A stretch of DNA of 20,617 nucleotides from an uncultured Syntrophorhabdaceae bacterium (GTDB lineage Bacteria; Desulfobacterota; Syntrophorhabdia; Syntrophorhabdales; Syntrophorhabdaceae): assembly GCA_964393225.1 (NCBI GenBank), contig CAYMTB010000030.1, positions 1 to 20,617 of the forward strand. The letters run 5' to 3'. Positions within the stretch are counted from its first letter, which is position 1. Every line of letters starts with the position of its first letter. Below the pieces are notes generated by a model. That model saw only the letters and a program-made list of their open reading frames with translations, searched no databases and was not told the origin of the DNA. The translations under genes and the position numbers were made by a program. Positions 16,287 to 20,617 of the stretch are shown in pieces.

Positions 16287-16329
16287 CAGAAAACAGAAAA
16301 TCAGAATACAGACATGTCCCGTGGTCTGT
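16287..16329 (-). terminator. Candidate intrinsic terminator downstream of kinase paralog B
   Basis: On the minus strand there is a hairpin, acagac-cacgggacat-gtctgt (6-bp stem; alternative cccg/cggg and gacatgtc palindromes). A U-rich tract, auucugauuuucuguuuucug, follows immediately. The same U-rich tract follows paralog A (11917-11943), but without a good hairpin. Confidence 0.35.
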
Positions 16330-18160
16330 TCGGGTGAAACAACTACCCGGGGGAAGCGGCAACCCGAAACCCATTGACGTTGTACCTGATCGACGGATGG
16401 TAGATAAACCGGCTCGCAGCACGGACATTCCTCGGAAAGCTGAACCAACAGCCACCACGAAGCACCCGGGGGCTACCAGTAGAAGGTCCTTGGGGATTGT
16501 CTTTGGGGCTGTCTTTGTAATAGTTTTCGTCAAACCAGTCATGACACCATTCACAGACATTGCCGGACATATCGTAGAGGCCGAGAGAGTTGGGCTTGAA
16601 GGTGCCTACTTGTGTGGTTTTTTCACGGTACTCTCCTGCGGAGGAATAAGGTTCTACATAGTCTTTGCTGGCATCGAAATTTGCTTCTTCTGTGCTGATT
16701 GAATCTTTTCCTGTTCCGAAGCGGACCTTCTTTCCTCTTTCTCTTGCGGCATATTCCCACTCTGCCTCAGTGGGGAGGCGGTACTTGCCGTCAGTCTTCC
16801 GGTTGAGTTCCTTGATGAACTCCTGGGCAGCGTCCCATGAAACACTCTCAACCGGGTAGTCGTCTCCCTCTTGAAAACGAGAGGGGTTATTCCCCATAAT
16901 CTTTTTCCACTGGCCCTGGGTGACAAGGTATTTACCAAGATAGAAGTCGTTGACTGTGACGGTATGAACGGGTTTCTCATCATCATTCGCATCCCCGAAG
17001 GTGTCACCCATCTCATACGTGCCACCCTTGACGAAGACGGACTCTATGCCGGTGACGGGGCAAGTATACTGCTCGGTTTCTTTCTCTACTATCTTTTTAA
17101 GGCGATTACTGTTTATTTCATCATCAATAAACTTCACGTAATTATTTTTGAATGCCTTGTTCAAAGTGCTCCTAATAGACTTCTCAATATCATAGTCATC
17201 CGAGTACTTTTTTATGGAAATAACATCGCCATTATTATTCAAAACCGGGGCTAAGTATTTACCAGTGGCAATGTTGAATTCGGGAATATAAATCCATACA
17301 TTATTTTTGTAAACGTATTTTATAGTCTTTTCAGCAATCGGTATCTCTTTTTCTTTTTCTGCTATCTTTGTAAGAGCGTCCGAGAGTTCTTCTGCATCAC
17401 CATAGCGGTTCTCCCGTTTTGTGGCAAGGGCTTTTTTGGTGATGGAGTCTATCTCTTTCGGAAGTGAGGGGTTCAGTTCGGAAGGAGGTTCAAGCCCTAT
17501 AACATTCTCCAGTGTGAGCAGTTCAAAGAGGATGACCCCTACTGAGTAGATATCGGAGCGTTTATCCACCTGATCCGGGTTATTTTTCTGTTCCGGTGAC
17601 ATATAGTAGGCAGTACCGATTCCTTTCCTGGCATCTTTGTGGACATCGAGGACCATAGCAAGGCCGAAGTCGGTGAGCTTGAGGGTATTGTCGGAGGCGA
17701 TGAGGATGTTCTCCGGTTTAATGTCCCGGTGGACGGTATGCTTGTGGGCCTCAGTGAGAGCATCGCAGAGCTGGGAGATAATTGGATATGCTTCGTCAAG
17801 GGTAAAGGGTTTTCCGGTTTCTTTCTTCTCGTCTACGATCTCCCGTAAGGTCTTTCCCTCTATCCACTCCATGGTAAAGAACTCAAAGCTGTTATAGTCG
17901 TTGATGCCATAGACTCTCACGATATTGGGATGAGAGAGGTCAAGGGATATGGCAACTTCCTGTCTGAACATCTCAAGGATATGCTCGGAACTAAGGAGGT
18001 TTTGATGGATGACCTTGAGGGCGGTGATTTTTCCCCTGAGCTTTGTATCCTTTACCTTATAGACAATGCCCATACCTCCTTTCCTGCCTTCTGTAATAAT
18101 CTCGTAACGGGAGGCAAAGAGAGAGCCGGGGGAGAAAGGGTCTTCTATGATCTCGGAGCC
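16287..18160 (-). repeat. Copy B of the dispersed kinase-FGE duplication
   Basis: See copy A. It has about 92% nt identity blocks in the kinase and FGE segments and a shared 3' flank. It carries a 27-nt insertion holding the terminator hairpin. Confidence 0.7.
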
Positions 18161-18202
18161 GGTGTAAGATTTGTCGATGTGGGCAAAGGGGTCGTCAGTC
18201 AT
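16343..18202 (-). CDS. Soluble Ser/Thr protein kinase (kinase-FGE paralog B): Hanks kinase plus C-terminal FGE-sulfatase-like domain. No TM and no coiled coil.
   Basis: The 619-aa ORF has a kinase domain about 85% identical at protein level to paralog A (RKGGMGIVYKV, HRDIKPENILI, TDFGLA, YMSPEQ). The linker has no 20-residue hydrophobic stretch. The FGE-like domain reads VFVKGGTYEMGD...YRLPTEAEWEYAAR...GNVCEWCHDWFDENYY...RVLRGGCW...GFRVAAS. Confidence 0.85.
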   Translation of the reverse strand: MTDDPFAHIDKSYTGSEIIEDPFSPGSLFASRYEIITEGRKGGMGIVYKVKDTKLRGKITALKVIHQNLLSSEHILEMFRQEVAISLDLSHPNIVRVYGINDYNSFEFFTMEWIEGKTLREIVDEKKETGKPFTLDEAYPIISQLCDALTEAHKHTVHRDIKPENILIASDNTLKLTDFGLAMVLDVHKDARKGIGTAYYMSPEQKNNPDQVDKRSDIYSVGVILFELLTLENVIGLEPPSELNPSLPKEIDSITKKALATKRENRYGDAEELSDALTKIAEKEKEIPIAEKTIKYVYKNNVWIYIPEFNIATGKYLAPVLNNNGDVISIKKYSDDYDIEKSIRSTLNKAFKNNYVKFIDDEINSNRLKKIVEKETEQYTCPVTGIESVFVKGGTYEMGDTFGDANDDEKPVHTVTVNDFYLGKYLVTQGQWKKIMGNNPSRFQEGDDYPVESVSWDAAQEFIKELNRKTDGKYRLPTEAEWEYAARERGKKVRFGTGKDSISTEEANFDASKDYVEPYSSAGEYREKTTQVGTFKPNSLGLYDMSGNVCEWCHDWFDENYYKDSPKDNPQGPSTGSPRVLRGGCWFSFPRNVRAASRFIYHPSIRYNVNGFRVAASPG

Positions 18203-18345
18203 AGGGAGGGTATTCCATTCGCAGTTCTACGGTATGCCATATGATAATGGAAGAGGAGGGTGATTTCAAGGCAATTATTTGATGAAGAGGTGCATAGCTT
18301 GGAGCAAGGAGGTTTTTTTGCCCTGTGTGTAAATAGTTTCTCCTT

Positions 18346-19773
18346 TCAGGCCGATGCTCTTTTTCCGGACGTTTTGTAAAACACCAAGGTTTGGCCTATT
18401 ACTACCTTGCCTTTTGTATCAAGGCCATTCCAGAATAGGATGTCTCTCTTAACGACATTAAATTTGTCACTGATTTGTGTTATGGTGTCTCCTTTTTTAA
18501 CGGTATAGCTCACCACTCTTATATCGTTTTTTGTATATATTTTTAGCTTTTGTCCAGCTAAAACCTTATTGCTTTTCATGTGATTCCACTGTTTTACTTC
18601 ATTGATGTCAACTTTGAAATGCGTTGCAATATTTATAAGAGTATTACCTTTTTTCACTGTGAAAACAACCTGTCTCGGCTTAGCATTTTTATATGCTGCC
18701 TTGGTTGATGTTTTTATGACTTTTGTTTCACCGACGTTGTGTGGCTGCTCTTTGAATGAAGCAGGTACCGTTTTAAACTTGCCCTGTCTGTAATTGGCGA
18801 TCAGGGATTCAGATTCATCATTATTCTGATTAGGAGCAGCAAAACCAAAGGCTTCGGGATTATTGCCGATAATTGCTGCGGCGATAATCTTTGGAGGAAA
18901 CTCCCGTGTCTCCAGAGGCAGGAAGGCTCTTGCTTTCCAGAAATTTCTCTCTTCGAAAGGGTTTTCAAGTTTCTTTAGGGTTCCTATGATTTTTCCTTCA
19001 CCACCATTGTAAGCTGCCATAGCAAGAAGAAAGGAATGAGGACCGAATATGGCTATGAGGTTTTTGAAGTGTTCTGCGGCTGCATAAGTTGACTTAATGG
19101 GGTCGAGCCTGTCATCTGTACTTTTGCTGACTGTAAGACCGTAATCCCTGGCTGTCTTTGGCATGAACTGCCATAGACCCTTTGCCCCTTTCGGGCTAAC
19201 TGCATCAGGGCTAAATCCGGATTCGATGAAGGCAATGTACGCCATATCTTCTGGTATGTTTTTCTCGGCCAGTATTTCCTTCACAGCACTCATATATTTC
19301 CCTGATCTCTTAAGAGACGCAGTGACAAACTTCTTATACTGCGGGACGGTTTGAAAAAGTCGTATATAGAGCGTCACCTCCTTCAAGAAGACAGGTGGCA
19401 CCTCGTCTGTTTCGCTACCAAATTCGTTGAGAATTCTGATAAGTTCGTTTTCAATCATTTCATCAGCGCCTACGTTTGCAGCTTTATCAACGTTTCTGAT
19501 GTTTTCCTTTGAGATAATAACCTCCTGTAGCACTGTGTCTTCCGTAGAAATATCTTCTGCTACAATGTTGTCCTGAATTTTATCGGCAAGAGGAACATCT
19601 ATATTTTCTTGGAGTGATTGCGGTTCCTTTATGGGTGACATGGTAACATGAGACAGAGGAATTGCGGTAGAGCAGGACGATATCAACACAACCATAGAAA
19701 ACACAATAGCAAGATATGTTATAGAACCTATCATTTTCAATAGAGACCTCCTTATTTTGTTATTTATTCTCAT
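18346..19773 (-). CDS. mltD: Membrane-bound lytic murein transglycosylase (MltD-like): SLT domain plus two LysM domains
   Basis: The 475-aa ORF has an N-terminal hydrophobic anchor, ITYLAIVFSMVVLISSCSTA. The SLT core is MAYIAFIESGFSPDAVSPKGAKGLWQFMPKTARDYGL. Two LysM repeats follow: YTVKKGNTLINIATHFKVDINEVKQWN and YTVKKGDTITQISDKFNVVKRDILFWN. The gene symbol is by family resemblance only. Confidence 0.8.
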   Translation of the reverse strand: MRINNKIRRSLLKMIGSITYLAIVFSMVVLISSCSTAIPLSHVTMSPIKEPQSLQENIDVPLADKIQDNIVAEDISTEDTVLQEVIISKENIRNVDKAANVGADEMIENELIRILNEFGSETDEVPPVFLKEVTLYIRLFQTVPQYKKFVTASLKRSGKYMSAVKEILAEKNIPEDMAYIAFIESGFSPDAVSPKGAKGLWQFMPKTARDYGLTVSKSTDDRLDPIKSTYAAAEHFKNLIAIFGPHSFLLAMAAYNGGEGKIIGTLKKLENPFEERNFWKARAFLPLETREFPPKIIAAAIIGNNPEAFGFAAPNQNNDESESLIANYRQGKFKTVPASFKEQPHNVGETKVIKTSTKAAYKNAKPRQVVFTVKKGNTLINIATHFKVDINEVKQWNHMKSNKVLAGQKLKIYTKNDIRVVSYTVKKGDTITQISDKFNVVKRDILFWNGLDTKGKVVIGQTLVFYKTSGKRASA

Positions 19774-19782
19774 AAAAATATT

Positions 19783-20169
19783 TTACGGATTTACCGGTAT
19801 CCAGACTTTATGTGAATGTACCCATCTGCCGTTTACCCATTGTCCCGACACATCAACCCATCTACCCGGAGGGCTGTCCATGCTTGTGGGTAATGCAGTA
19901 TAAGCCATCCTTTGTGATTGTTCCATGTTGCCCAATCGCTCCCTTGTTTCTACCTGGTCAACTGCATTCCCTGCGATAGCTCCTGCAAGGGCTCCGCCCG
20001 CTGTCCCAATGAGCGTCGCACCGGTATTGCCCCCTATTGTCTGGCCTGCTATGGCCCCAATAACTCCTCCTATCGCTGCACCTTTCTGTGTGTTATACCC
20101 CGTAGACGAACACGCAAAACACGCAAAGACAAGAAAGAAAACTGGCATTATGTACCAAACTCCTTTCAT
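19783..20169 (-). CDS. Glycine-zipper (2TM / 17-kDa-antigen-like) lipoprotein
   Basis: The 128-aa ORF has a signal peptide with a Cys-containing lipobox-like LVFACFACSS. The core GAAIGGVIGAIAGQTIGGNTGATLIGTAGGALAGAIAGNAV is a glycine zipper. The C-terminus is W-rich. Confidence 0.65.
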   Translation of the reverse strand: MKGVWYIMPVFFLVFACFACSSTGYNTQKGAAIGGVIGAIAGQTIGGNTGATLIGTAGGALAGAIAGNAVDQVETRERLGNMEQSQRMAYTALPTSMDSPPGRWVDVSGQWVNGRWVHSHKVWIPVNP

Positions 20170-20339
20170 ACCAACACCTCCTCTAAAATATTTAAATGGT
20201 GTCCCATATGTTATTCAGACGATTTAAAAGGATTTTTTATGCAAATGATTATTGTAATTTGGGCAAATTAATTCTGAGTGTCGTCGCGCTGAGCAAGCGC
20301 CTAATCGTTAGCCCTTCAAATTGAAGGTCCACAAAATTT

Positions 20340-20398
20340 AAATTTAGGGTGCAAACAAAACTACACAGAACCTGTCAGTATATATAACGTACAGGTTT
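20340..20398 (-). terminator. Weak terminator-like hairpin plus U-rich tract after the partial upstream gene
   Basis: The pair aacctgt (20369-20375) and acaggtt (20391-20397) forms a 7-bp stem with a 15-nt loop. On the minus strand it is followed by guaguuuuguuugc. The loop is long for an intrinsic terminator. Confidence 0.2.
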
Positions 20399-20426
20399 CA
20401 TGATTTTGCTTTAAGTATATCTCAGA

Positions 20427-20617
20427 TTATTCCTGTTCGCGTGGAAATCTGTCTATAAAGCTTAATATCTCTGAGTGGGCTATTCCCTTTTTTCGCTTCT
20501 CTAATATAATCAGCCTTTCGCCTTCATCGAGTATTACGTCATTTCTCTCATTGAAAAAGCGCGCCAATTCATCCTTTGTGGCTGTAACATTCTTTATTTT
20601 CTTAAGAAGGCTATCGC
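20427..20617 (-). CDS. Partial CDS (C-terminal 62 codons) of a gene whose start lies beyond the right window edge. Function unknown.
   Basis: The minus-strand frame is open from the window edge to TAA (complement at 20427-20429). It reads ...DSLLKKIKNVTATKDELARFFNERNDVILDEGERLIILEKRKKGIAHSEILSFIDRFPREQE. I recognise no domain in it. Confidence 0.35.
   Translation of the reverse strand, partial: DSLLKKIKNVTATKDELARFFNERNDVILDEGERLIILEKRKKGIAHSEILSFIDRFPREQE

Noticed and set aside
16119-16448. 109-aa minus-strand ORF spanning the 340-nt spacer and the 3' end of kinase B
   Set aside because: It overlaps the kinase stop region out of frame and is Cys/Pro-rich with no motif. The region is better explained as terminator plus promoter.
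20170-20426. Possible tRNA or small-RNA gene (small hairpins gcgcTGAGCAAgcgc and ccttcAAATTgaagg)
   Set aside because: It has no cloverleaf and no GTTCGAATCC-like T-loop, and it is not long enough. It is probably just promoter or leader sequence for the lipoprotein gene.
1-20617. Mobile element or prophage boundaries (integrase, transposase, inverted or direct repeats, tRNA attachment site)
   Set aside because: No integrase or transposase-like ORF was seen. No terminal inverted repeats or target-site duplications were seen. The only long repeat is the internal kinase duplication. GC and codon usage look uniform across the window by eye.

Overview
All 15 protein-coding genes I can support in this 20.6 kb window lie on the minus strand, so transcription runs from high to low coordinates. 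GC content is about 45%, and there are classical Shine-Dalgarno sites (e.g. AGGAGG upstream of the start codons at 5018 and 11707). I found no rRNA, tRNA, CRISPR array, transposase or integrase.

The window is dominated by eukaryote-like Ser/Thr phospho-signalling genes:
- Three Hanks-type kinases. Two are paralogous kinase + FGE-sulfatase-like fusions (11946..14144 and 16343..18202). The third is fused to a NERD nuclease-like domain (3204..5018).
- One PP2C phosphatase (9528..10373).
- Four FHA-domain proteins: FhaA-like DUF3662-FHA, membrane FhaB-like, and a zinc-ribbon protein with two, possibly three, FHA domains. Together they carry at least five FHA domains.

The high-coordinate end carries cell-envelope genes: an MltD-like lytic transglycosylase with two LysM domains and a glycine-zipper lipoprotein.

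From 11707 down to position 1, ten genes are packed with gaps of -4 to 49 nt and read as one long operon. Its upstream part is fhaA-like, fhaB-like, PP2C and two envelope proteins (CsgG/LpoB-like and LPP20-like). Its downstream part encodes an unusual set: a cytosolic SPFH/flotillin-like protein capped by zinc ribbons at both ends, a NERD (PD-(D/E)xK) + kinase fusion, a zinc-ribbon + transglutaminase-like cysteine protease fold, a gluzincin-type metallopeptidase (HExxH...E), and a multi-zinc-ribbon TPR/coiled-coil protein that runs off the window edge.

I consider this kinase/FHA/PP2C-governed nuclease, transglutaminase and zincin module the strongest candidate for an undescribed conflict or immunity system, or a regulated-proteolysis system.

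The many plus-strand ORFs in the six-frame track are antisense shadows of these genes and are not called.
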